This document shows, piece by piece, positions 16,729 to 25,649 of a DNA stretch of 45,912 bases (within the stretch, counting starts at the first letter, position 1; each line of letters begins with the position of its first letter). The notes beneath the pieces are model-generated. The model searched no databases and was not told the DNA's origin. It worked only from the letters and a program-made list of their open reading frames with translations. The stretch comes from Candidatus Methanoxibalbensis ujae (GTDB taxonomy: Archaea; Halobacteriota; Syntropharchaeia; Alkanophagales; Methanospirareceae), in the NCBI GenBank assembly GCA_026134085.1, contig JAOQIN010000009.1, forward strand, positions 1-45,912, given 5' to 3'. Made by a program: the position numbers and the translations under genes.

Positions 16729-17812
16729 AATATTTTACAACATCACTTGGCATATTTGTTATCAAATCAAGCCATCCAACATTTAGACCCATTCCTGCGA
16801 ATACTGATGACGCCCACATCGCACATGCTGCCTCATCCCCTGGGAGAGGTGTCAATAGTGTAAATGCAAGAGCTGCCGTGACTCCGATTATTGTTGCAGT
16901 TTCAAGCGGATGTTCCTGCATCCATTTGACCGTTGTCCCAAGCATGGCGGCGATTAGAGACAGTATTGATATAGGGGTGGTATCAACAATATCCTGCGGG
17001 TCTTCGTCTGGTAGAGGTTCCCCTGTCATTGGGTTTGGTATAGGATCAAGAGTATATCTGTTTATAACAGGATCCGTGCCTGGCACAATTTCAATAATAT
17101 CTGTTATTCGTTTAAAACCTTCTGCAAATATATTTATCACATGATTTCCATGTTTAAGTGGAAGTTCAAGATTTCCAGGATAATCAGAGGTGTATAACAC
17201 ACCATCAATTTCTGCTTTGAAATTAATGCTGTTGTTGTTATGATCAAGCACATTAAATATCTTTGTGCGTTTTGGCGGAGAGATTTTCTTAATTTTCCTG
17301 ACAAATTCTGGTATTTTTCCTTTCCAGAAGAGCAGTAGTGTCCCTGCTGGCAGTAGAACCCACACACCGAACGATAATAACCCCTCCCATAACTGTTTAT
17401 ACCAGGGGGGGTTATACCACCATGCAAGATTTCGTAGTGCAGAGTGCGTTGCGTTTTTCAGATATAGAACTTTCTCTTCGTTTGACATAGTTTCATATTT
17501 TGGTGGCAGTTCTATTGGAGAAACACCTATTGATTGTAATTCTTCGTTAGTATATTCAAGCTTGGGTAAGTAAATTGATTCAATGATTTCAACATCTTTA
17601 TCAGTTATCTCCTCACCTTTCCGTATTTTATCAGTTTCTTCAGAGATATCAGCAGCCGTAGCCATAGCTTCTCGCTCAAGCCACTCTATCATAGGGCTTT
17701 TTTCTTTTTCAAAGAAATATTTGTAAATTAAATAACCTCCTATTGCACATGCACCAACACCCACCCCGAATTTCAGACCTGATATTATATCTTCCCGCTC
17801 TGCCATTTCCAC
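16712..17812 (-). CDS. Multi-pass membrane protein with Ig/PEGA-like domain and C-terminal TPLPGDEAA hairpin
   Basis: TM helices near aa 12-33 and 140-162, beta domain, hydrophobic C-terminus. Confidence 0.65.
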   Translation of the reverse strand: MEMAEREDIISGLKFGVGVGACAIGGYLIYKYFFEKEKSPMIEWLEREAMATAADISEETDKIRKGEEITDKDVEIIESIYLPKLEYTNEELQSIGVSPIELPPKYETMSNEEKVLYLKNATHSALRNLAWWYNPPWYKQLWEGLLSFGVWVLLPAGTLLLFWKGKIPEFVRKIKKISPPKRTKIFNVLDHNNNSINFKAEIDGVLYTSDYPGNLELPLKHGNHVINIFAEGFKRITDIIEIVPGTDPVINRYTLDPIPNPMTGEPLPDEDPQDIVDTTPISILSLIAAMLGTTVKWMQEHPLETATIIGVTAALAFTLLTPLPGDEAACAMWASSVFAGMGLNVGWLDLITNMPSDVVKYFGGGV

Positions 17813-17832
17813 CCCTCTCTTATCCTTTTATC

Positions 17833-18285
17833 TTATCCTTTTATCAAAGTAGCGCGCACTTCATTTGATTGTGATGGTTTATATGCAGATGAGCCTCTGA
17901 ATCTGAATGAGATCACAAATGTCACCTTATCCTCATGCAAATCCTCTGGAGAGAGGACCCATACAATCCCGCATCTTCCATCGGCATCTGTTTTCAGAGT
18001 GTCAATTGTGTATCCTTCGTGTAGAACATCAACATCATAACCTTGTAATGGATAACCCTTGCTTGTATATAACCATGCAAACACATGCAGGGCGCATGGA
18101 TTTGTTTCTGTGCATGTCATCGTGTGCACTACCCCCAAAACAGGGTTCTCTTCATCGCTTACAAGAATTCTCGCAATCATTGCCGTCTCCTCTCTCGTGT
18201 CTCTGCTAAACTCTACGAAGTAATAATACGCACCAAAGAGCGCAGCTGCAACCATCCCTCCTCCGACTATGACATTCCACTTCAT
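17833..18285 (-). CDS. Membrane-anchored Ig-like protein
   Basis: N-terminal TM; TDADG; F.GS.AY.PS.S. Confidence 0.65.
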   Translation of the reverse strand: MKWNVIVGGGMVAAALFGAYYYFVEFSRDTREETAMIARILVSDEENPVLGVVHTMTCTETNPCALHVFAWLYTSKGYPLQGYDVDVLHEGYTIDTLKTDADGRCGIVWVLSPEDLHEDKVTFVISFRFRGSSAYKPSQSNEVRATLIKG

Positions 18286-19622
18286 TTCTCTGGAGGTCTC
18301 GGAGTTATCTCTTCCCCTACTATAACAGAAGGCTCTGGCTCTGTATAAGGTCTAACAATAATTTTATCAATACGCCCCCAGTCATAGTTCATAAAGAACT
18401 TTAAAGTATTCACGTTGTAATCTGTTGATGCAGTCCCAGATATAGTTGTTCCGCCTACATCTGCGCTTATAGAAGTGCCAAACTTCTTGAAACACACTTC
18501 CTTCCACACATCTGTCGGGTTTGGTGGGTTATCCTTCCTGGCGATCCAATATGGGGGTTTTGATTCAACGAGAGCATAACGTGAGCTTGATAGCTCAAGA
18601 GACACATAATCTGCGCCCGCGTATAGATTCGTATAAAACACACCACCGTCCGTCCTTAGATATGTTTCTAAATACGAAGCAAATCTGACTTCTACGTTTG
18701 ATGGTATTTGCTTCTTTGATGCAAGCTCACCATATATTCTCAGATAGTATGCCCCTTCAAATCCATCCTCCTTTCGCTCATAATTCTGAGGGAGATCCCA
18801 CAGCTCTTCATTTAGTCCCTCTTCAAATCCGTCGTATATTGTGAATGTGTCCGCATCATTGGGATGTTCTACGCCAGATCCATACTTCATCTTTATCGTT
18901 TTAGTTTCATTCGCAGCGATATTCACTCTAACCCATATCTTAGCCTTTTCACCAACAGTATCAAATTCCTCTATAAATCTCTTTAATTTTGTATCTCCAT
19001 CATAAAATACAATGTCCTTACCATCTTCGCGAGTTTTTGAATAGTCAAATGATTCATCTAATTCTATGAGAACTGCATAATCTTCTAAATCATTACCTGA
19101 CTGCTCAGTTATCGTAATATCTCTTGAGTAAGGCGCCTCCGCAGGTTTGTAAATAAAATATGCAATTTTAGGGGACAGGGTCTTAGAGGTCTCAGGAACC
19201 CAGTTTTGTGCATCATAGTCATACTCATATACACATCCGTCAATGACACTACCTTCATAATCAACAGCATCCTTCCCTACCCCTACTAAAGCCCATGAAT
19301 TTTCGCTCATGTTTTCAAAAATTGTTATTAAATCGTTGAGAGTCACATCACAGTAATTACCTTTGAAAGTATATGAGCCCTCAGAAACAGGTCGTATTAA
19401 GTATCCTTGCCCACAAACAGGGGTTTCATCACGTGCGGAAATCCATCTCTGCTCATCAATACTCCAACGCCACACTTCATCAGCATCTTCAAGTATGTCT
19501 GAGAACTTGCGAGAATTAGCGACAGGTATTGATACATAGTTTGATCCTTCCCGCAAATCAAGAGATTCCTCTGGGACGCGTATCGTTATAGAGATCACAG
19601 AGGAGGCGGCATCTGCTGTCAT
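18282..19622 (-). CDS. DUF2341-domain adhesin/virion protein
   Basis: ITITEQSGNDLEDY.VLIEL...DGKDIVF...KIWVRV...MKYG; lectin-like beta sandwich; EPEP...GEE terminus. Confidence 0.8.
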   Translation of the reverse strand: MTADAASSVISITIRVPEESLDLREGSNYVSIPVANSRKFSDILEDADEVWRWSIDEQRWISARDETPVCGQGYLIRPVSEGSYTFKGNYCDVTLNDLITIFENMSENSWALVGVGKDAVDYEGSVIDGCVYEYDYDAQNWVPETSKTLSPKIAYFIYKPAEAPYSRDITITEQSGNDLEDYAVLIELDESFDYSKTREDGKDIVFYDGDTKLKRFIEEFDTVGEKAKIWVRVNIAANETKTIKMKYGSGVEHPNDADTFTIYDGFEEGLNEELWDLPQNYERKEDGFEGAYYLRIYGELASKKQIPSNVEVRFASYLETYLRTDGGVFYTNLYAGADYVSLELSSSRYALVESKPPYWIARKDNPPNPTDVWKEVCFKKFGTSISADVGGTTISGTASTDYNVNTLKFFMNYDWGRIDKIIVRPYTEPEPSVIVGEEITPRPPEK

Positions 19623-19690
19623 ATGTTATAAATAATGCTGCTTTATAAAAAAGCATTATGATTTAAAAGAACCTATACTTAGTTGAAAAC

Positions 19691-20626
19691 ATGGATCTAC
19701 TTAGGGTGTGGAAGGCTGATTATATAACCGCGCGGGCTTGCCCCGCGAAGCTGTCAATCAAAACGATGGGGTTAAGAACGAGAACGACGACGACCTCGCG
19801 ACGAACATGGGCTCCGCTCATCGGGGCATATGCTGAAGAACTTGTTGTAAATCTACTTGCAACTTATCAGCCAGTCAGAGTTGATAGAAGAATCAGACAT
19901 TTTAACAGTTTTGACGAAGCTGTGAAATACACCCGCTCAAAATATCCTTTCCCAGAGCTTGATGCGAAATTTGCAAGAATTGAAAGTGGCTTCACAAAGG
20001 AGTTCAGGGAGAGGGTCATAGATAAACTCGGGGATTTCAACTCTATAAAAACACAATCGCGTGGGAGTTACATTTACACGACTTTCGCAATTTATAAAGA
20101 TTTTAAAGAAGTTATCGTTGAAGTAAAAGCGTGGACCCCTAAACAATACGACTATCTCCCATATCAGTATAGAAATCTGAGGATGGAGGCAGAATTCCTC
20201 TCATCAATAGAGGATAAAAAGTGTTTCGTGATATTACCGCTCGTTCAGAAAATATTAGAACACGAACCCTCCTTCTCCAAAGATGATGAGAGAGTCGTCA
20301 GGGAATGCGTTTATGCAAAATACGCCGCGATGCAGGGTCGCACACTTGCTCCTTCTGATGACAGCGCAGACTGCAAACGCTGCCGATATCGCGAGTTGTG
20401 CGAGAAAATACCATTCGTTGAGTTTGATGAGATAGATATATTACCTCTCCCCGTTGAGTTCGTTTCAGCAAAAGTGGAGGAGAGGGAACCTGCTTTATGG
20501 GCAGATATATCAGAGAATCAGATGATGTCAGCAATCTATGACTTGCGATTGTCATACAACAAAATGAATAAATCATCAATTGAAAGAATAAAAAGAGCGA
20601 AAAAGTGGTGGAAAGTCAGAGCGTAA
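19691..20626 (+). CDS. Cas4-like / RecB-family nuclease with 4-Cys cluster
   Basis: N-terminal ACP, IVEVK, C-terminal CxxCxxxxxC (CKRCRYRELC). Confidence 0.6.
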   Translation: MDLLRVWKADYITARACPAKLSIKTMGLRTRTTTTSRRTWAPLIGAYAEELVVNLLATYQPVRVDRRIRHFNSFDEAVKYTRSKYPFPELDAKFARIESGFTKEFRERVIDKLGDFNSIKTQSRGSYIYTTFAIYKDFKEVIVEVKAWTPKQYDYLPYQYRNLRMEAEFLSSIEDKKCFVILPLVQKILEHEPSFSKDDERVVRECVYAKYAAMQGRTLAPSDDSADCKRCRYRELCEKIPFVEFDEIDILPLPVEFVSAKVEEREPALWADISENQMMSAIYDLRLSYNKMNKSSIERIKRAKKWWKVRA

Positions 20627-20897
20627 TTGCAGTAACAACAAGTGCGGAAATTAAAGAGCAGATCAATGTGAAAATGAGAAGATTAACTCTCTTCAAATTT
20701 TTTACTTCTGTTTTTAATACTTCAACAGATATGCGTAATTTATCAATCTGCTCAGACATACGTTCAATCTGCTCAGACATGCTATCAACTCTATCAGATA
20801 GAGTGTGCACCTCTACGACGATCGTTGAAACATGGTTTTTTAGATACTTTATTTCATCTTTCAACTCATTATCGTCATGGTGATGTGTCATGGACAT
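20616..20897 (-). CDS. Coiled-coil protein with C-terminal TM
   Basis: MSEQI heptad repeats, hydrophobic tail. Confidence 0.6.
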   Translation of the reverse strand: MSMTHHHDDNELKDEIKYLKNHVSTIVVEVHTLSDRVDSMSEQIERMSEQIDKLRISVEVLKTEVKNLKRVNLLIFTLICSLISALVVTAITL

Positions 20898-21654
20898 AAA
20901 TGAATTGATCTCTTACATATATATATTTCTACAAAATGAGCCAGCCTATCTTGCAGAACTTTGTCGCAGAACTAAAGAGAGCGCACGTAAAGTTAGCGAT
21001 GCATTACATATCCTTTTGAAGAATAAACAAATTCATATGATAAGTGATTTAATATATACTCCACGCTACTTAAAATATTCTCCAAAGGAGTCGTATATCA
21101 AAAAGAATGTTGTTGAAATCACCACTACCCCCCAGCCATTCAAAATATATTACACAGACAGCAGTAAATACAGACTACAAGCGAAGAAATCTGTTATAAG
21201 AGATATGCTGATGGTCGGGGACGCACAATGGAAAATCGCTGAGGATGTTTTATATGCAGCAGCACGCGAATTGTATGGAAGAGGTGTTGAGAGATCAATA
21301 TATAATTCAAGTGCCTGTGATGTTATAGTGCATAAAAAAGAGTTACTGATTGAAATTTCAATAAGAGTTGAGAACCCTTTAACTGAATCATATATTATGC
21401 AGAAAAAAGAGTTCAGAGATACCAATTATCCTGACTACAATCTAATCATCATCGGAAATTTCTCAAAATATACATATGAAAAATATCGTAAAGGTAGAAA
21501 TTATATTTTTGCTCGCTCAATTTCGTCAAAATTCCCACTGTTTCATGGTTGGTATCTCTATGAATTCGCGTTTAAAAGAAATGCAAGAGATGTGGTTAAA
21601 ATTACAAGAAATGAATTCAAGGAAAAAATAAAGAAGATCATTAAATCATTCTGA
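20890..21654 (+). CDS. HTH plus PD-(D/E)xK-like nuclease
   Basis: N-terminal HTH; AE...CDVIV....LIEIS (catalytic Lys replaced). Confidence 0.5.
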   Translation: MDINELISYIYIFLQNEPAYLAELCRRTKESARKVSDALHILLKNKQIHMISDLIYTPRYLKYSPKESYIKKNVVEITTTPQPFKIYYTDSSKYRLQAKKSVIRDMLMVGDAQWKIAEDVLYAAARELYGRGVERSIYNSSACDVIVHKKELLIEISIRVENPLTESYIMQKKEFRDTNYPDYNLIIIGNFSKYTYEKYRKGRNYIFARSISSKFPLFHGWYLYEFAFKRNARDVVKITRNEFKEKIKKIIKSF

Positions 21655-21909
21655 TATGTCTATCCTATCATGTGCTTCATCAATGACTATTATGCGCGTT
21701 ATGTGCAGTCTCATCATCATCTCAAAAACATCGTTTACGTTTCTGTATTCTGCGAATAGTCTTTGTAATCGCTCTTGAAGTACCCTCCTAAATGAACGAT
21801 CACTTGTGTTACTGAGCAGGTATTCAGTCTCTTGTATGTCTTTGTATATGTTTCGCATTGTGAATAGAAGTATGTCAAGAGTGATCTGCCGTTTGATCAT
21901 CTCTATCAC
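21646..21909 (-). CDS. Small helical hypothetical protein
   Basis: Overlapping operon. Confidence 0.5.
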   Translation of the reverse strand: MIEMIKRQITLDILLFTMRNIYKDIQETEYLLSNTSDRSFRRVLQERLQRLFAEYRNVNDVFEMMMRLHITRIIVIDEAHDRIDISE

Positions 21910-22178
21910 CCTATCAATCCATATACATAGTCAATGAGCGCACGCCGCAAGCTGTCCATGTCTCCGTTTAAGTAGGATGCTGTATCGCTGATTAAATCAA
22001 GCAGCTCGTTGAGCTTTGTTTCTATTTCATCAACATCTTCTGTTTCTTCTGTTTCTTCTGTTTGAAGTTTTTGAAGTTTTTGCACGTGATCTCTCATCGC
22101 AATAATGATGTCTCTCAGTTCACTGAGCTCAAAGCTTAATTGTTTACATAGTCGCTCAAATTCTTCAGATTTCTGCAT
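21906..22178 (-). CDS. Acidic coiled-coil protein
   Basis: ORF with GGAGGG RBS. Confidence 0.55.
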   Translation of the reverse strand: MQKSEEFERLCKQLSFELSELRDIIIAMRDHVQKLQKLQTEETEETEDVDEIETKLNELLDLISDTASYLNGDMDSLRRALIDYVYGLIG

Positions 22179-22224
22179 TTCTATTCCCTCCCCTCTTTTT
22201 TAACACCTTCTTTATACATCCATC

Positions 22225-22404
22225 CTATCTTTCTTCAGGTGTCTCTCTTTCTTCAGGAGAGGCACAATCCCAACAAATCGCTTCCATTCCAAGCGAGCGC
22301 TGAAATGGTGACATTACCTTTATGTATTTCTCGCCAACCTGTATGATCCGCCCGCAGCGATAGCAGACAGTTTCCTTTCTCGCTTTTGTTACCTTAGTCA
22401 GCAC
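22225..22404 (-). CDS. Small Zn-finger protein (59 aa, not in ORF track)
   Basis: KARKETVCYRCGRIIQVGEKY...ICWDCA; GTG start after GGAGGTGA. Confidence 0.65.
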   Translation of the reverse strand: MLTKVTKARKETVCYRCGRIIQVGEKYIKVMSPFQRSLGMEAICWDCASPEERETPEER

Positions 22405-22419
22405 ACCTTCATCACCTCC

Positions 22420-22611
22420 TCACTCTTTCTTCCGCTTGTAGAGCAAGAACCAGTCCTCCTCTTTCTTTACTACCCTCACATAGTATCCTTGTTTACGAAG
22501 TTCCTTCGCAACTCTTTGTGCCTCTTCGCTCTCGTATCCTCCATGCAACTCATACATCTTACCACCAAACTCTCTCCTCTTGCAGGGAGCATAATATTGC
22601 CATATAGGCAT
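22420..22611 (-). CDS. Small basic hypothetical protein
   Basis: EEAQRVAKELRKQGYYVRVV; GGAGGTGA RBS. Confidence 0.6.
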   Translation of the reverse strand: MPIWQYYAPCKRREFGGKMYELHGGYESEEAQRVAKELRKQGYYVRVVKKEEDWFLLYKRKKE

Positions 22612-23082
22612 TTATCTCACCTCCTTCATCACTTCCACTGCAACTTTCTTCGTTGCCTCTTTTACTTCGTTGATCACTTTGCTTTCATCGCGGACTCTTC
22701 GGGCGAGCGCCGCCATCATCACATGGCGGCAGTTTCTCATATACTGACCAGCGGGACAGGAGCACTCTGTTCTTCCGTTGAATAGTATTTCATATCGTCG
22801 TCGTCGGCGCCCATCTATGATCCTCTCTATGCTCACACTTTCATCGCCATGGCGAAGTCTGTAAACCGCCATGTTGGTGCCAGCGGCGATAATAACAATG
22901 TCGTCGTCGTTTAGCAAATCTCGCAGCGAGTTTAGATCAACTGACAGGTTAAACAGCACTAGGTCTATCTCATCCGCAGTCGTCCATTCGCGGCGTTCTT
23001 TCTCGTGTGGTTCGGGGGCGCCACTCCCCAAACCCTTTTTATCCATACTATCCATTCTATCAATGGACATAGGCATCACCAT
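22612..23082 (-). CDS. SWIM zinc-finger protein
   Basis: ECSCPAGQYMRNCRHV (CxC-xn-CxH); start corrected to ATG after GGTGAT. Confidence 0.75.
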   Translation of the reverse strand: MVMPMSIDRMDSMDKKGLGSGAPEPHEKERREWTTADEIDLVLFNLSVDLNSLRDLLNDDDIVIIAAGTNMAVYRLRHGDESVSIERIIDGRRRRRYEILFNGRTECSCPAGQYMRNCRHVMMAALARRVRDESKVINEVKEATKKVAVEVMKEVR

Positions 23083-23152
23083 AGCATCACCATAGCGGGG
23101 CTGGCGCCTCGCATGAGGGCGAGGCGTCAGCAAAAAAAAAGAAAAGAAAAAT

Positions 23153-23473
23153 TCATGCATTCACTTTGATTCTCTGCTTCTCTAATTCTCTCTTTATAAT
23201 TCTCTGCAAGTGCTTAACTCGTTGTTTTTCACGATGTGTCAGATATCTCTCAACAGTAAGAGCGACTGGAAATGCAGTGAAATCAATATCTTCTCGCTCG
23301 CTGACTTGTTTTATAATTGTAGATAATTCTTTCTGTGCTCTTGCAAGTTTGCTCATATATTTTTTTCGCGCTATCTGACGCCATGCACGCGCGCACTCTC
23401 TGAACTCGTTTGAGATTTTCTGCCTCTTCTTTGCCCGCCTCAGCCTCTTTCTCCTCTCTTCCTCCATCCTCAT
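23153..23473 (-). CDS. Basic hypothetical protein
   Basis: Starts in left arm of promoter repeat 1. Confidence 0.6.
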   Translation of the reverse strand: MRMEEERRKRLRRAKKRQKISNEFRECARAWRQIARKKYMSKLARAQKELSTIIKQVSEREDIDFTAFPVALTVERYLTHREKQRVKHLQRIIKRELEKQRIKVNA

Positions 23474-23588
23474 CACCTCCATCCCTCTATTCTCTCCCCT
23501 ATTTAAAAGACTTTCGCTATTCTAAAAAATTTTTTCAATAAACGAAAAATATTTAAAGAGAAGGAGGGAAGAGATGAGTGGAGGTGAT
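23471..23588. promoter_or_regulatory. Bidirectional promoter/RBS cassette, copy 1
   Basis: Near-identical to 24694-24812; CGAAAAATATTTAAA (+) and CGAAAGTCTTTTAA (-) BRE/TATA, GGAGGTGAT at both ends. Confidence 0.85.
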
Positions 23589-23593
23589 GCGGC

Positions 23594-24244
23594 ATGAAGA
23601 GAGTAATAAAGGACTATGAGGAGAGTGCTGTAAACCCCTCCACTCCCACTGCCTCTGCGAGGTGGTGGGACAAGGAGTGGATAGAGAGTGACAGTGAGTA
23701 TGTCATTCATACAAAGACGAAGGGCGTTGTTCATGAGTGTGCATTTACAGCAATTGAAGACAGACAAAGCGAGACAGAGAAGAGAGTAAAGAGATTACCT
23801 TTCAACCTGCCGATTATCCCTGTCTGCGAGGATGAAATAAAAGTTGTTGAGCGCGATAATATCGTTGCGATCTATCTTCCGATTGTAGATGAAAGCAGTG
23901 AGTTCTATTCATACTATCAATACAAGCGAGTGGACTACGAGGTCACTGAGGGAGAGCTCATCGCAGACATCATAGTTGAATTATACAAACATTCATGGTT
24001 CAGGGATCACAACCATGGCAGTAACAAAACAGGGACAAGGGTTCTTGTATTCAGAAAAGGCGGTGAGATCAAGATACTTGAAAGGTATCAATGGAGGGAC
24101 GATGCCTTATCCGTAAACAAAATTCTCTACGAGAATGAAGAGGGAGAGGTAGAGTCATACTACCCTCCAACGAGGGGCGGATACACAGCGATAATCAGCT
24201 ATCCTCCACTCTCGCGAGAGATTATTGAAGAATATGAAGAATAA
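23594..24244 (+). CDS. Acidic hypothetical protein
   Basis: Right arm of promoter repeat 1; T-rich terminator follows. Confidence 0.65.
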   Translation: MKRVIKDYEESAVNPSTPTASARWWDKEWIESDSEYVIHTKTKGVVHECAFTAIEDRQSETEKRVKRLPFNLPIIPVCEDEIKVVERDNIVAIYLPIVDESSEFYSYYQYKRVDYEVTEGELIADIIVELYKHSWFRDHNHGSNKTGTRVLVFRKGGEIKILERYQWRDDALSVNKILYENEEGEVESYYPPTRGGYTAIISYPPLSREIIEEYEE

Positions 24245-24348
24245 TTCTTCTTTCTTCTCTTTATATTTTTTATAAAGAATTCTTCAGTTATTAACTATAT
24301 ATAAAAAAAAGAAAAAAGAAGGGGTTATCTGTTATTCTTCTGTTATGC

Positions 24349-24696
24349 TTATTGCTCAATTTCACCTCTCGCGAGGCTCAACAACTTCTTGTATTCTTCC
24401 CACTCCTCCTCTTCCTCTACCGTAAGCTCATCGCTCGGGTATTGGTATGCTGCGGTATATAGCGCTTCAGGTTCGCGGAGTCTGAGTGAGTGCGCTTTTA
24501 CAAATCTTCTTATGTCATCCATCGTTGACCTCTTTAGCACGTTTGTCACCCGCGTGAATGGGTGCACCCTGCCTTTCAGCAGTAAGTATTTAGGCTGGGG
24601 GTCGTATTCATAGAGATACTGATCAGAGGGAGGCGGAACGATCGCAACAATCCGCGAGGGGTCGCTCGTTTTCATAAACCATACCCTCATTTGCAT
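24349..24696 (-). CDS. Hypothetical protein
   Basis: Left arm of promoter repeat 2. Confidence 0.6.
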   Translation of the reverse strand: MQMRVWFMKTSDPSRIVAIVPPPSDQYLYEYDPQPKYLLLKGRVHPFTRVTNVLKRSTMDDIRRFVKAHSLRLREPEALYTAAYQYPSDELTVEEEEEWEEYKKLLSLARGEIEQ

Positions 24697-24812
24697 CACC
24701 TCCATCCCTCTATCCCCTCCCTCATCTTAAAAGACTTTCGCTATTCTAAAAAATTTTTTCAATGAACGAAAAATATTTAAAGAAGGAGAGGGAAGGAGAG
24801 AGTGGAGGTGAT
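24694..24812. promoter_or_regulatory. Bidirectional promoter/RBS cassette, copy 2
   Basis: See copy 1. Confidence 0.85.
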
Positions 24813-24816
24813 AACC

Positions 24817-24981
24817 ATGCAGAAGCTCAGAATTTCACGGGAGAAGAGAATATATAAAAAGGCAAGGGATTTACAGAAGAGGATAGAGAGTGAAATACAA
24901 ACGATTTCCATTTCACATCTGAAGCAAAAGCTCGGAGAAATGCTCAGGAAGTTGGACAAAATTCTGAAGAAAGGCATCTAA
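24817..24981 (+). CDS. Small basic protein (54 aa, not in ORF track)
   Basis: MQKLRISREKRIYKKARDLQKRIESE...; right arm of promoter repeat 2. Confidence 0.6.
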   Translation: MQKLRISREKRIYKKARDLQKRIESEIQTISISHLKQKLGEMLRKLDKILKKGI

Positions 24982-25058
24982 TAGTTTTTTGATTTTTTTC
25001 CTTTTTCTCCTGAAAGGGAGGTAGTGAATGAAGCTACCTCCCCAGGAGGTAGATAGGT

Positions 25059-25319
25059 ATGGAAAAACGCAAGATGTGCGAAGATTGCGATCTTAGAAAG
25101 CGCTGGTCGGAGATAGAGAGGAAGGTCAAGGAAAATGAGGAGCTTCGTAACAAAATCGCAAAACTTCTTGAAGAAAGAGCACGAAGTCTTCAATACGCAG
25201 AAACAGTCATAGATGTCGTTGTAATCTTAGTGAATCTATTAAACGATCTTACATGTGCGCTCAAGGGAGAGAATGTGGATGAAGAAGGGGAGAAAATAAG
25301 AGGGGGGGGAAGGCAGTGA
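25059..25319 (+). CDS. Small coiled-coil protein with CxxC
   Basis: GGAGG RBS. Confidence 0.55.
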   Translation: MEKRKMCEDCDLRKRWSEIERKVKENEELRNKIAKLLEERARSLQYAETVIDVVVILVNLLNDLTCALKGENVDEEGEKIRGGGRQ

Positions 25320-25331
25320 GGGAGGTGGTGA

Positions 25332-25649
25332 GTGATGATATATGTAATGAACAGCCCGATTTTAACCGCCTATGGCAGATATACATATGAGCGAATAGAT
25401 GTAGCGCAAGCTCGCCAACTACTAAAAAAACCGTTTGAATCAGCCATCGGACATGAAGCTACCGCTAAATTCCTAAGCAAATTGGTAGGCGTGGAGGTTC
25501 CAGTTAACAGAGTGAGCATAGCGATGCGTCCTGGCGATGTTGCGGTGATCTTCAGAGTTAAGCAGAGGTTAGAGGAAGGAAAAGTGCTTACGGAGGGGGA
25601 GCTGCGAAAAGTCCCATACGAACTCGGCCTTTTAAGGAGGGAGGAGTGA
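25332..25649 (+). CDS. acrIII-1: AcrIII-1 viral ring nuclease (DUF1874 / STIV B116 family)
   Basis: YVMNS, SAIGHEATA (catalytic GH), VPVNR, PGD, RLEEGKVL signature motifs. Confidence 0.9.
   Translation: MMIYVMNSPILTAYGRYTYERIDVAQARQLLKKPFESAIGHEATAKFLSKLVGVEVPVNRVSIAMRPGDVAVIFRVKQRLEEGKVLTEGELRKVPYELGLLRREE

Noticed and set aside
18282..19622. Diversity-generating retroelement targeting DUF2341 genes
   Set aside because: No reverse transcriptase and no adenine-specific template/variable repeat pair seen; the missing terminal segment cannot be assessed
23471..24812. Transposon or MITE bounded by the direct repeats
   Set aside because: The repeats consist of promoter and RBS elements; no transposase or target-site duplication
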